DNA of 64,000 bases from an uncultured Erysipelotrichaceae bacterium (GTDB taxonomy: Bacteria > Bacillota_I > Bacilli_A > RFN20 > CAG-826). The translations under genes and the position numbers were made by a program. How positions within the stretch are numbered: position 1 is the first letter of the stretch; every line of letters starts with the position of its first letter. The notes under the pieces were generated by a model. It saw only the letters and a program-made list of their open reading frames with translations, was not told the DNA's origin and searched no databases. Positions 54,938 through 64,000 of the stretch are shown here, piece by piece. The DNA is taken from positions 19,465 through 83,464 of the forward strand of contig CACXKR010000002.1 in the NCBI GenBank assembly GCA_902768335.1. Reading direction: 5' to 3'.

Positions 54938-56134
54938 ATGGCAAAAGTAATGGCAGTTAACGCAGGTTCATCAAGCTTAAAATTCAAGCTTTATGAAATG
55001 CCTGAAGAAAAAGTACTCTGTTCTGGAAACGCAGAACGCATCGGCCATGAAGATGCGATTTTTGGAATTAAATGGAATGGACAAGAAGAGAAAACTGTCC
55101 TTCCAATTTTAGACCATGCAGCCGCTGTTGAATTATTAGTAAAAGCACTCATTGATAAAGGCATAGTCAAATCAATGGATGAAATTGTTGCTTGTGGTCA
55201 CCGCATCGTTCAAGGTGGTAAATATTTCTCCAAATCAGAATTGTTTAATAAAGATACTGAGGACAAGATTGAATCTTTGATTCCACTTGCACCGCTTCAT
55301 AATAAAGCACACTTAGTTGGTTTTAGAGCATTCAAAAAGATCCTTCCAGATTCTGTAAATGTCGCTGTTTTTGATACAGCTTTCCATCAAACGATGAAGG
55401 AAGAAGATTATTTGTTCCCAATTCCATACGAATATTCAGAAAAATATGATTGTAGAAGATATGGCGCTCATGGTACATCTCATAAATATCTTTCCCAAAT
55501 CGGACTTAAATACTGCGAAGGAATCGCTCATCCAAGAATGATTGTTTGTCATATTGGCTCTGGAGCGTCCATCACCGCTGTTAAGGATGGTAAATGCGTC
55601 GCAACATCCATGGGATTAACTCCTTTAGGAGGAATCATGATGGGTACTCGTACAGGTGACCTTGATCCATCTGTTATGAATTATCTTTGCAAATGCACTG
55701 GAAAATCAGTCGAAGAAATGTATCAAATCTTCAATAAACAATCTGGTTTTTTAGGTGTCTCACAAGTTTCTAACGATTCAAGAGATGTTTTGAAAGCTTG
55801 CGAAGAAGGAAACAAGAAAGCTTTAATAGCGAATCGCTTATTCATTCGAAGAATCGCTGATTTTATCGGTCAATATTATGTAAGACTCGGCGGAGCGGAT
55901 TTAATCATCTTCTCAGCAGGTATCGGTGAAAACTCCACGATTACTAGAGAACAAATTTGTGATGAAATCGCACCAGCTTTAGGAATTGAGATTGATAAGA
56001 AACTAAATGCTACTATTAGAGGCAAGGAAGCTTTGCTTTCAACACCTAATTCTAAGATTAAAGTCGCCGTTATTCCAACTGATGAAGAAGTGATGATTGC
56101 TCGCGATACTTACGCTTATTATTTAAAAAGATAA
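54938..56134 (+). CDS. ackA: Acetate kinase
   Basis: VMAVNAGSSSLKFKLY, GHRIVQGG, CHIGSGASI, FSAGIGEN motifs. AAGAGG SD. Confidence 0.95.
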   Translation: MAKVMAVNAGSSSLKFKLYEMPEEKVLCSGNAERIGHEDAIFGIKWNGQEEKTVLPILDHAAAVELLVKALIDKGIVKSMDEIVACGHRIVQGGKYFSKSELFNKDTEDKIESLIPLAPLHNKAHLVGFRAFKKILPDSVNVAVFDTAFHQTMKEEDYLFPIPYEYSEKYDCRRYGAHGTSHKYLSQIGLKYCEGIAHPRMIVCHIGSGASITAVKDGKCVATSMGLTPLGGIMMGTRTGDLDPSVMNYLCKCTGKSVEEMYQIFNKQSGFLGVSQVSNDSRDVLKACEEGNKKALIANRLFIRRIADFIGQYYVRLGGADLIIFSAGIGENSTITREQICDEIAPALGIEIDKKLNATIRGKEALLSTPNSKIKVAVIPTDEEVMIARDTYAYYLKR

Positions 56135-56135
56135 A

Positions 56136-57125
56136 ATGAATATACTAGAAGAAAGAAATCAAACTTACGAAGATAAATTTGAAACGATTGTAAAAAAGAT
56201 CAAAGAATATGATCGAATCGCTGTTTTTAGACACGACCATCCAGACTATGATGCCTTAGGATGTCAAATGGCTTTCGTTCATTTTATCAAAGACAATTTT
56301 CCATCTAAATCGGTTGTTTATGTTGGTGATGATCACGTCACTTTAACTGGCCGCTGTTTTCCAAAAATGGAGGTCATTGAGGATGCATGGTTTAATCATC
56401 CATTTCTTGCGATTGTTCTTGATTTATCCAATCTAGATAGGATATGCGATGAAAGAGTTAACAAAGCTGACTACTTAATTAAAATAGATCATCATCCTGA
56501 AGTTGAACCTTATGGAGACCTCTCAATCGTCGATGAATCGATGTCTGCGGCAGGTGAACTACTCGCTAACATCTTTTTATCTCTTCCAAAGAAATATAAA
56601 ATCGGTAAAGAATGCGCTTCTTATTTATATAAGGCAATCGTTGGTGATTCAGGAAGATTCCTTTATGATTCGGTAACTCCTCACACCTTCTATATCGCCC
56701 AAAAACTTCTCGAAGTTGGTATTTGCATTTCTGAAATCTACGCCGAAATGTACAATCAAAAATTAGAAGATTTAGAAGTAACTGGTTATATTTTACGTCA
56801 TTATCAAATTACTCCTAATGGAGTAGCTTATTATATTCTTGATGATGCAACGCTTAAAAGATTCAATCTTCCAGCAATCAGAGGTAAAGACAATGTTAAT
56901 CTCTTTGCTCATCTTGATGGTATCAATGCTTGGTTAAGTGTTACCGAAGATGTCAAGAAGGGAAATTGGAGAGTTTCTCTCCGTTCAGGCGGCATCGATA
57001 TTTCCCATATTGCTGAAAAATATAATGGCGGAGGACACGCACAAGCTAGCGGTCTTAAACTCAAAAATCTTGATGAACTCAAACTTTTATTAGCGGATCT
57101 AGATAAGATGTTTGAGAAAAAATAA
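56136..57125 (+). CDS. nrnA: DHH/DHHA1 phosphoesterase (NrnA-type oligoribonuclease / pAp phosphatase)
   Basis: HDHPDYDALG, IDHHP and GGGHAQASG motifs. Confidence 0.8.
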   Translation: MNILEERNQTYEDKFETIVKKIKEYDRIAVFRHDHPDYDALGCQMAFVHFIKDNFPSKSVVYVGDDHVTLTGRCFPKMEVIEDAWFNHPFLAIVLDLSNLDRICDERVNKADYLIKIDHHPEVEPYGDLSIVDESMSAAGELLANIFLSLPKKYKIGKECASYLYKAIVGDSGRFLYDSVTPHTFYIAQKLLEVGICISEIYAEMYNQKLEDLEVTGYILRHYQITPNGVAYYILDDATLKRFNLPAIRGKDNVNLFAHLDGINAWLSVTEDVKKGNWRVSLRSGGIDISHIAEKYNGGGHAQASGLKLKNLDELKLLLADLDKMFEKK

Positions 57126-57184
57126 CCAACAAATCTCCACTATTTTTATTTCTTATTAGGCACGAGTTAATGTGCATACAAAAA

Positions 57185-57208
57185 GGTTTCAAAAATTGAG
57201 ACCTTTTT
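57185..57208 (+). terminator. Terminator of ackA-nrnA
   Basis: GGTTTC-aaaaatt-GAGACC (one G.U) followed by TTTTT. Confidence 0.5.
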
Positions 57209-57229
57209 CTTTATAGATTACATCTAAAT

Positions 57230-57238
57230 TGATACAAT
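57230..57238 (+). promoter_or_regulatory. Extended -10 placed for a leaderless dnaE-polA-fpg transcript
   Basis: TGaTACAAT, 6 nt (ataggc), ATG 57245. No SD. Confidence 0.45.
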
Positions 57239-57244
57239 ATAGGC

Positions 57245-60200
57245 ATGTCCTTTACATTCCTCCACGTTTATTCAGGCTACTCTTTTGAAAAATCTGGATT
57301 AAAAATCGATGAATATGTTAAGGCCGCTAAGAAAAGCGGTTATCTTTCGCTTGGCTTATCCGATTATGCAACCTTAAGTGGAATTCCATCTTTCGTTCAG
57401 GAATGTGAAAAAAATTCAATCAAACCAATTATTGGGCAAGATTTTTATTTCGATAATTTATTATTTTCACTTTATGTATTAAATGAAACTGGCTATCGCA
57501 ACCTTTTAAAAATTAATTATGAATACGCTCATAATAATCTGAATTTAAAGTTTCTCAAAGAGAATAATGCTGGTCTCGTCGTTATTTTAACTATTCAAAA
57601 TGATGCTTTTAAGAAAGTTTACATTAGTGAACCTGATACCTTAGCAAGAAAGATGGCTAGACTTTCAGATGGTCTGAAATATTTTTATTTAGGCATCGAA
57701 GTCAATGATGAAAAAGACTACATTGAGTTCATGCGTGAGTTCGCAGCTAGTCATGGTTATAAAACAGTCGCCTTTCCCTTTGTTAAATACATTAAGAAAG
57801 AGGACGCTATTATTTTAAAAATGATGGAATCTATTTCCAGCAAAGAAGTTCTAAATGAGAAAAAATTAAGCGGAAGAGAATATCTATTACCACTTCTTGA
57901 AATTCAAAAACTTTATCTTAAAAACGAAATAGAAGAAGCTGAAAAGATTGCAAAATACGCGAATTTTAAGTTCGTCCAAAAAAGAGGAAAGATTGTTCCA
58001 TTTGAAAACGAATTAGGTCTAACAAGTGATGAATATTTAGAAAAGCTTGCCTTAGATGGACTAAATAAAAAAGGCAAGAATAGCAAAGAATATCTCGACC
58101 GCCTTTCTTATGAATTAAGCGTTATTAAGAAAATGGGTTATAGCGATTATTTCTTAATTGTCTATGACTACGTTAGCTATGCTAGACGCAATAATATCGC
58201 TGTCGGGCCTGGCCGAGGCTCCGCTGCCGGATCGCTCGTGTCATATGCCTTAGGAATAACTATTCCAGATCCAATTGAAAATAATCTTCTTTTCGAAAGA
58301 TTCTTAAATGAGCATCGTCAAACTATGCCTGATATCGACGTCGACTTTTCCGATTTACATCGTGAGGATGTCGTTTCCTATATCAAACAAAAATACGGCA
58401 ATGAAAAAGTCGCCCGAATAATGACAGTCCAAAAAATCGGTGCAAAACAAGCACTTAATGATGTAGGCAATATCTTTGGCTATGAAAAGCGAGACATCGA
58501 ACTATTTACAAGGCTCATCAAAGATGAAGGTGACGATAAATTAACTCTTAGAGAAATATATAAAACTAATGCTGACTTTAAAAAGTTAGTTGATGACGAT
58601 AAATATTATCTTGAAATCGTCTCATTAGCCCATAAAATCGAGGGGCTACCAAGACAAGCTTCTTTGCACGCTGTCGGTATCGTTTTAAATGCCGAGCCAC
58701 TTCAAAAGGTCATTCCGCTTTCACCAGCCTTTGATGGAGGTTACGTTGAACAATTTGAAAAAGATTATCTTGAAGACCAAGGCTTCCTTAAAATGGACAT
58801 CCTTGCTTTAAGGAACTTAACAATTGTTGAAGATTGTTTAGCTCTGCTAAGACAAAAAGGTATAGATATTGACCGTGATTCGATTCCTTACAAAGATCCT
58901 GACGCTATAAAGATGATTGCTAGTGGAAAAACAATGGGCATCTTCCAACTTGAATCATTTGGAATGAGAAAAGCAATTAAAACCATCAAAATTAAATCAT
59001 TTGAGGATGTCGTTGCTTTACTAGCTTTATATCGCCCAGGCCCAATGGATCAAATTAATGCCTATGCTAAATACAAAAATAGCGGCGCAAAAATAAATTA
59101 TGTTTCCCCTGCTCTTGAAGAAATACTTGCGCCGACCTATGGCCAAATTATCTATCAAGAACAGATTATGCAAATCGCATCTAAGATGGCAGGTTTTTCT
59201 CTTGCGCAAGCCGATATATTTAGAAGAGCAATATCGAAAAAAGATGTCTCTAAAATGGCGGCTATCGAAAAACAATTTATTGATGGTTGTTTAAAAAACA
59301 AGCATTCACTTAAGGAAGCAAATGATGTTTATAAACTAATCTTTAAGTTCGCTAATTATGGATTCAATAGATCTCACGCTTTTGTCTATGCCATATTCTC
59401 CTCTAGAATGGCATATTTAAAAGCGAAATATCCTCTCGAATTCTATGCCTCGACATTATCTAATGCATCAACTAAAGAATTCAATAACACGACAAGCGAA
59501 ATGAAAAAGGCCAAAATTAAACTAACTTGTCCAGATATTAATGATTCAGAGATGTATTTCAAGATTCGTGGTAATGAAATATTGTTCCCTTTAACTTCAA
59601 TAAAAGGCGTGTCTAGCAATGTCGCCTCACAAATTATTGAAGAAAGAAATAAAAAGAAATTTGAAGATATTTATGATTTTACAATTAGGATGGGCCAACA
59701 TAAACTTAGCAACACCACTCTTATCAATATAATTGATGCAGGTGGATTTGATTCCATTGAAAAATCACGTGCTTCACTTCGATTAAATGTCAGCGATGCG
59801 CTAATCTTCTCTTCGTTTGTTTTAGATGATCAAGGTATTCTCGCTTTCGATCCTAATCTATATCCAAAACCAGTATTTAAGCGAGTCGAAGATGACATCA
59901 TTGAAAACCTTGATAAAGAATTTAACGTCCTAGGTTTAATGGTGTCGGCTTCACCGCTAGATAAATATAAAAAAGAAATCAAACAAGAAAACGCTATAAC
60001 TTTAGAACAGATAAATGATTCGCATGGAACAGTAAAGATTTTTGCGATTATAAAGAATATCAAGAAAATCGTCACTAAAAAGAAACAGGCGATGGCTTAT
60101 ATAAGCGTCTATGACGAAACAAGTGAAATCGAACTCACTTTATTCCCGGAAACATATTTAAAATCAATGAAAGCTATTAAGAAAAACAACATAGTTGTTA

Positions 60201-60277
60201 TCGAAGGCTATCAAAGAGCAAATGGCGAATTTAGCGTTAGTTCAGTTATCGATATTAAGGAGTTAACAAATGGCTAA
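57245..60277 (+). CDS. dnaE: DNA polymerase III alpha subunit (DnaE type)
   Basis: PHP domain (FLHVYSGYSF), palm/fingers (GPGRGSAAGSLVSYALGIT, PDIDVDF), C-terminal OB fold. Confidence 0.95.
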   Translation: MSFTFLHVYSGYSFEKSGLKIDEYVKAAKKSGYLSLGLSDYATLSGIPSFVQECEKNSIKPIIGQDFYFDNLLFSLYVLNETGYRNLLKINYEYAHNNLNLKFLKENNAGLVVILTIQNDAFKKVYISEPDTLARKMARLSDGLKYFYLGIEVNDEKDYIEFMREFAASHGYKTVAFPFVKYIKKEDAIILKMMESISSKEVLNEKKLSGREYLLPLLEIQKLYLKNEIEEAEKIAKYANFKFVQKRGKIVPFENELGLTSDEYLEKLALDGLNKKGKNSKEYLDRLSYELSVIKKMGYSDYFLIVYDYVSYARRNNIAVGPGRGSAAGSLVSYALGITIPDPIENNLLFERFLNEHRQTMPDIDVDFSDLHREDVVSYIKQKYGNEKVARIMTVQKIGAKQALNDVGNIFGYEKRDIELFTRLIKDEGDDKLTLREIYKTNADFKKLVDDDKYYLEIVSLAHKIEGLPRQASLHAVGIVLNAEPLQKVIPLSPAFDGGYVEQFEKDYLEDQGFLKMDILALRNLTIVEDCLALLRQKGIDIDRDSIPYKDPDAIKMIASGKTMGIFQLESFGMRKAIKTIKIKSFEDVVALLALYRPGPMDQINAYAKYKNSGAKINYVSPALEEILAPTYGQIIYQEQIMQIASKMAGFSLAQADIFRRAISKKDVSKMAAIEKQFIDGCLKNKHSLKEANDVYKLIFKFANYGFNRSHAFVYAIFSSRMAYLKAKYPLEFYASTLSNASTKEFNNTTSEMKKAKIKLTCPDINDSEMYFKIRGNEILFPLTSIKGVSSNVASQIIEERNKKKFEDIYDFTIRMGQHKLSNTTLINIIDAGGFDSIEKSRASLRLNVSDALIFSSFVLDDQGILAFDPNLYPKPVFKRVEDDIIENLDKEFNVLGLMVSASPLDKYKKEIKQENAITLEQINDSHGTVKIFAIIKNIKKIVTKKKQAMAYISVYDETSEIELTLFPETYLKSMKAIKKNNIVVIEGYQRANGEFSVSSVIDIKELTNG

Positions 60278-62864
60278 AGCTTATATTATTGACGGTAACT
60301 CTCTATTATTTAGAGCCTATTATGCAACCGCTTATGGCGGTAATGAAATTATGCGTACAAAGGATGGAACTCCTACAAACGCTATCTTCTCATTTTCAAA
60401 TATGCTCAATAAAGTATTGCAATCTCTTAAAGAAGGCGATGCTTTATTCGTAGGCTTTGATACAGGAAAAGCAACCTTTAGGCATAAAGAAGATGAGACT
60501 TATAAGGCAAATCGTAAACCAGCTCCTGAAGATCTTAAGATTCAAATGCCGATCGTTAGAGAGATGCTTCACGCTTTAGATATCTTTACTTTTGAAAAAG
60601 AAGGTTTTGAAGCGGATGATATATGTGGAACGGTCTCGAAGATGCTTGGCAAGGATGGATACGATGTAATCGTATATACATCCGATAGAGACTTCTTGCA
60701 ACTCATCGATAAAAAAGTCTCAATCCATATAATTAAAACCGGTATGTCAAACATCGTTGTTATGAATGAGAAAACAATGCCTGAATTATATGGTTTCCAA
60801 CCACTACAAATTATCGATTATAAAGGTTTAAGAGGCGATTCTAGTGATAACCTGCCAGGTATTCCAGGTGTCGGAGATAAAACCGCGGTTAAATTAATTC
60901 AAGATTATGGTTCTTTTGAAGCGATTGTTGAAGCTGCTAAAGGAATGAAATCTAAAGTTGGTGAATCAATTATTCAAAATGCTGAATTAGGAAGACATTG
61001 CTATGAAATGGCGAAAATTTTAACCAATGTTGAATTACCGTTCACTTCCAAAGATTTGGTTTATGAAGGCTACTCTTATGAAAAAGTAATGGCCTTTTGT
61101 AACAAATATGAATTGAAACAATTTTTAAACCGTATTCCGCAAAATCTTAGAAAAGATAGCGAACTAGATAATGTTGAATTTGAGGAAGTAACGAAATTAC
61201 CAAAATTCGATGATGTAAAAGAAATTGCTCTAGCATTAGATATCGAACCAGGAAATTATAATGACGCTAATGTCTATGGAATGTCTATTCTCATCGATAA
61301 GAAGTTATATTACATTAGAGAAGAAAACCTCAAAGATAACGGTGAATTGCTGGAAATTTTAAAAAATCCAAGCGTCAAAAAATATTGCTACGATTATAAA
61401 GCAATAAAAGTAGCTCTCCACCATAAAGATATTGAAATTGATGGATTATATTTCGATGCTCTTTTGGCTGCTTATCTCTTAGATTCCACCTTAGTGAATA
61501 ATGTCGATTCTATAATGCACTACTTCGGTGTGAATGTTTCTTCTAAAAAGGATGAATCATTATCGCTATTTGATAATACGAATCCAGAAAAAACTTGCAA
61601 AATTGCCTATTATTCATTGAAAGTTGCAAATAAAGCTTTATCCGATTTGGACGTTCTTGAATGTCTAAAACTCTATCAAGAAGTTGAGATTCCCCTTGCT
61701 AGCGTTTTAGCAGATATGGAAATTGAAGGTTTTCCTTTAGACATCGAAGTCTTAGAAAAGATGGGAGAAAACTTCAAAGTTCAAATTGAAAACATTAAGC
61801 AAAGAATTTATTCGATGGCGGGAGAAGAATTTAATATCGATTCTCCAAAGCAAGTCGGTGAAATCTTATATGGTAAGCTTGGACTAGACAATTCGAAAAA
61901 GAATTCGACTTCAGTTGATGCTTTAAAGCTATTAGTGGATAAGCATCCAATTGTTAGCGAAATTCTCTTATACCGCAAATACGCGAAATTACTTTCAACA
62001 TATGTTACTGGTTTATCTTCTCATATTTATGGAGATGGAAAAATCCATGCGATATTTAATCAAGCCTTAACTCAAACCGGTAGATTATCTTCTAGCGAAC
62101 CAAACCTCCAAAACATTTCGGTTCGTGACGAAGAAGGCAAACTCATACGAAAGGCTTTCTATTATAAAGATGACAATCTTTCAATTCTTTCATTAGATTA
62201 TTCTCAAATCGAATTAAGAATTTTGGCCTCATTATCTAATTGTAAAAAACTTCAAGAAGTTTTTGAATCCGGGCAAGATATTCACGCCGCAACTGCTGCT
62301 AGCGTTTTCCATGTTGAAAATCCAACCCCTGATCAAAGACGTAGAGCGAAAGCAGTTAACTTCGGAATAATATATGGTATATCCGATTGGGGCTTGTCTG
62401 AACAAATTGGTGTTTCTGTTAAAGAAGCCAAACAAATTATTTCATCTTTCTATGATGCTTATCCTGAAATTGGTAAATATTTCCAAAAAATTACAACCGA
62501 AGTTGTTAAAAATGGTTATGTCACTACTCTATTAGGAAGAAGACGTTATCTTAGAGAAGTTCATGACGCAAATTATCAAGTTCGAGAATTTGCTAGAAGA
62601 GCAGCGATGAATGCTCCTATTCAAGGAACAGCGGCCGATTTAATCAAAATCGCGATGATAAAAGTTGATAAAGCATTAAAAGAAAAGAAACTTAAATCTA
62701 AATTAATTCTTCAAATTCATGACGAATTATTATTCAAGGTTCCAAGCGAAGAAAAAGACATAGTCTTTAACTTAGTGAAAGATATTATGGAACATGCGCT
62801 TGATTTACCAACTAAACTAGAAGTTGATGGAGGATTTGGTCATACTTGGTATGACGCAAAATAA
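60270..62864 (+). CDS. polA: DNA polymerase I
   Basis: 5'-3' exonuclease/FEN domain (GDSSDNLPGIPGVGDKTA), family A polymerase motifs (DYSQIELR, RRRAKAVNFGIIYG, QIHDELLF). 8-nt overlap with dnaE. Confidence 0.95.
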   Translation: MAKAYIIDGNSLLFRAYYATAYGGNEIMRTKDGTPTNAIFSFSNMLNKVLQSLKEGDALFVGFDTGKATFRHKEDETYKANRKPAPEDLKIQMPIVREMLHALDIFTFEKEGFEADDICGTVSKMLGKDGYDVIVYTSDRDFLQLIDKKVSIHIIKTGMSNIVVMNEKTMPELYGFQPLQIIDYKGLRGDSSDNLPGIPGVGDKTAVKLIQDYGSFEAIVEAAKGMKSKVGESIIQNAELGRHCYEMAKILTNVELPFTSKDLVYEGYSYEKVMAFCNKYELKQFLNRIPQNLRKDSELDNVEFEEVTKLPKFDDVKEIALALDIEPGNYNDANVYGMSILIDKKLYYIREENLKDNGELLEILKNPSVKKYCYDYKAIKVALHHKDIEIDGLYFDALLAAYLLDSTLVNNVDSIMHYFGVNVSSKKDESLSLFDNTNPEKTCKIAYYSLKVANKALSDLDVLECLKLYQEVEIPLASVLADMEIEGFPLDIEVLEKMGENFKVQIENIKQRIYSMAGEEFNIDSPKQVGEILYGKLGLDNSKKNSTSVDALKLLVDKHPIVSEILLYRKYAKLLSTYVTGLSSHIYGDGKIHAIFNQALTQTGRLSSSEPNLQNISVRDEEGKLIRKAFYYKDDNLSILSLDYSQIELRILASLSNCKKLQEVFESGQDIHAATAASVFHVENPTPDQRRRAKAVNFGIIYGISDWGLSEQIGVSVKEAKQIISSFYDAYPEIGKYFQKITTEVVKNGYVTTLLGRRRYLREVHDANYQVREFARRAAMNAPIQGTAADLIKIAMIKVDKALKEKKLKSKLILQIHDELLFKVPSEEKDIVFNLVKDIMEHALDLPTKLEVDGGFGHTWYDAK

Positions 62865-62866
62865 CT

Positions 62867-64000
62867 ATGCCAGAATATCCTGAAGTACATACAGTAATCG
62901 AGACCTTAAAAGAATTCACATTGGCTAAAACAATCAAAGATGTGAAAGTTTTAAGAGCGAAAAATGTTGAAGGCGATTTATCTAGTTTAATAGGATGCAC
63001 AATTAAAAGTATCTCTCAAATTGGAAAGTTTATTGTTTTCCACTTCGACGATTCTAAAGTTTTGATCTCTCATCTTAGGATGGAAGGTAAATACTTCTTA
63101 AGAAAAGAAGATGAACCATATCAAAAACATGATATTGCTTCGCTTATTTTCACCGACAAAACTGCACTTATTTATAATGATGTAAGAAAATTCGGCATTC
63201 TTAAAGTAAGCGACGAACAACATTACCTCAATGAAGAGCCGCTTAATAAAGTTGGTCCAGATCCATTCAAGATGAAAGACGCTAAAAGATTAGAGAATTG
63301 CTTTAAAAATAAGTCTATTGCAATTAAAACAGCTCTCTTAGATCAAAGTGTGATGTCAGGCTTAGGAAACATCTATGTTGATGAAGTTCTTTTTGAATGC
63401 AAAGTACATCCAGAAACTCCTGCAAAACTTGTAAATTATGAAAAATTATCAGAGATTTTACTCTCTTCTAGAAAAATATTAAGCGAAGCTATCAAGCAAG
63501 GTGGAAGCACGATTAAGTCCTATCACCCAAAAGAAGGTGTATCTGGTAATTTCCAAGTCTCTTTGAAAGTTTATGGTAAGAAAGATGGTATTTGCCCTCG
63601 ATGCCACCACCACTTAAGAAAGATTTTTGTGAATGGTCGAGGCACCACTTATTGTCCAAAGTGTCAAAAGAATCCTGCTTTAGTTAAAGTAATCGCAATT
63701 ACTGGACCAATAGGGTCAGGAAAATCAGAAGTATTACGTCTATTTGAAAAACATGGTTATAAAACATTAAGCGCAGATTTAATAACTCATAATCTCTATA
63801 AAGAGAAGAGCGTTCAAAGCGAAATTAAAAAATTCATTCCTACCTTAATTATCAAAGATAAAGAAATAGATCGAGATTATTTAAGAGAATACTTATTAGA
63901 AAATCCAAACAAAAAGAAACGTTTAGAAAAATATGTCCATTCACTCGTGAGTGACTACATTATCAATGAGATTAAACGTTCTAAGCAAAATATCGCAATG
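62867..64000 (+). CDS. mutM: Formamidopyrimidine-DNA glycosylase fused in frame to dephospho-CoA kinase (ORF still open at the window edge)
   Basis: MPEYPEVHTV N-terminus, H2TH region (MSGLGNIYVDEVLF), zinc finger CPRC-x16-CPKC (ends 63664). With no stop, NPALVKV follows, then the CoaE start IAITGPIGSGKSEV (P-loop 63704..63727). The frame is open for all 378 codons to 64000. Confidence 0.8.
   Translation, partial: MPEYPEVHTVIETLKEFTLAKTIKDVKVLRAKNVEGDLSSLIGCTIKSISQIGKFIVFHFDDSKVLISHLRMEGKYFLRKEDEPYQKHDIASLIFTDKTALIYNDVRKFGILKVSDEQHYLNEEPLNKVGPDPFKMKDAKRLENCFKNKSIAIKTALLDQSVMSGLGNIYVDEVLFECKVHPETPAKLVNYEKLSEILLSSRKILSEAIKQGGSTIKSYHPKEGVSGNFQVSLKVYGKKDGICPRCHHHLRKIFVNGRGTTYCPKCQKNPALVKVIAITGPIGSGKSEVLRLFEKHGYKTLSADLITHNLYKEKSVQSEIKKFIPTLIIKDKEIDRDYLREYLLENPNKKKRLEKYVHSLVSDYIINEIKRSKQNIAM

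Noticed and set aside
1-64000. The possibility that TGA encodes Trp (Mycoplasma/Spiroplasma code 4).
   Set aside because: Several conserved genes terminate at TGA at the expected length, often in ATGA overlaps with the next gene (20245, 22340, 29627, 40051, 48927). Tryptophans in the conserved proteins I hand-translated are TGG, and every conserved gene is intact under code 11.
1-64000. Search for CRISPR arrays, IS/transposase genes, integrases, phage genes, restriction-modification, Abi/CBASS/retron-like defence genes and rRNA.
   Set aside because: None seen. There are no direct-repeat/spacer arrays, no recombinase, transposase or reverse-transcriptase-like ORFs, and no terminal inverted repeats. 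The PIN/Phd pair is the only mobile-type module.

Overview
AT-rich, densely packed chromosomal core region of a low-GC Firmicutes/Mollicutes-type bacterium. I count about 60 protein genes, 5 tRNAs and 2 T-box leaders. TGA is a stop codon here: several conserved genes end in ATGA overlaps, so this is the standard code, not the Mycoplasma code. The division cluster is reduced to mraZ-rsmH-(micro-ORF)-ftsA-ftsZ with no peptidoglycan genes, and there are many lipoproteins. This fits an Acholeplasma-like wall-less lineage, but taxonomy cannot be settled from the sequence alone. Most genes from 1 to 54.8 kb are on the minus strand: peptide ABC transporter, HD protein, EIIC-like permease, PIN/Phd toxin-antitoxin, cysE, potABCD, an acyl-CoA-ligase operon, pepT, M6-like protease, mgtC, mutS2-uvrC, lspA-rluD, ileS, ftsAZ, mraZ-rsmH, pheST-yceD, a 759-aa lipoprotein, trmH-like, glgB-glgP. 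From 54.9 kb onward they are on the plus strand: ackA-nrnA, then dnaE-polA-fpg/coaE. I saw no rRNA, CRISPR array, IS element, integrase, prophage or recognisable defence island apart from the one type II TA pair. I did not find a convincing multi-gene novel system. The most noteworthy observations are these. (1) At about ten operon heads the -10 box, often an extended TGn -10, lies 6-10 nt (eight of ten at exactly 6) before the start codon, implying leaderless mRNAs. (2) An open reading frame fuses Fpg (MutM) to dephospho-CoA kinase. (3) Two unannotated, translationally coupled micro-ORFs: a 42-aa CxxC-CxxC zinc ribbon and a 53-aa FtsL-position membrane peptide. (4) A five-gene operon pairs an HGSNAT-like membrane protein with an acyl-CoA ligase. 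(5) A large lipoprotein carries internally repeated modules. All functional calls are from reading the translated ORFs and remembered family motifs; no database search was run.
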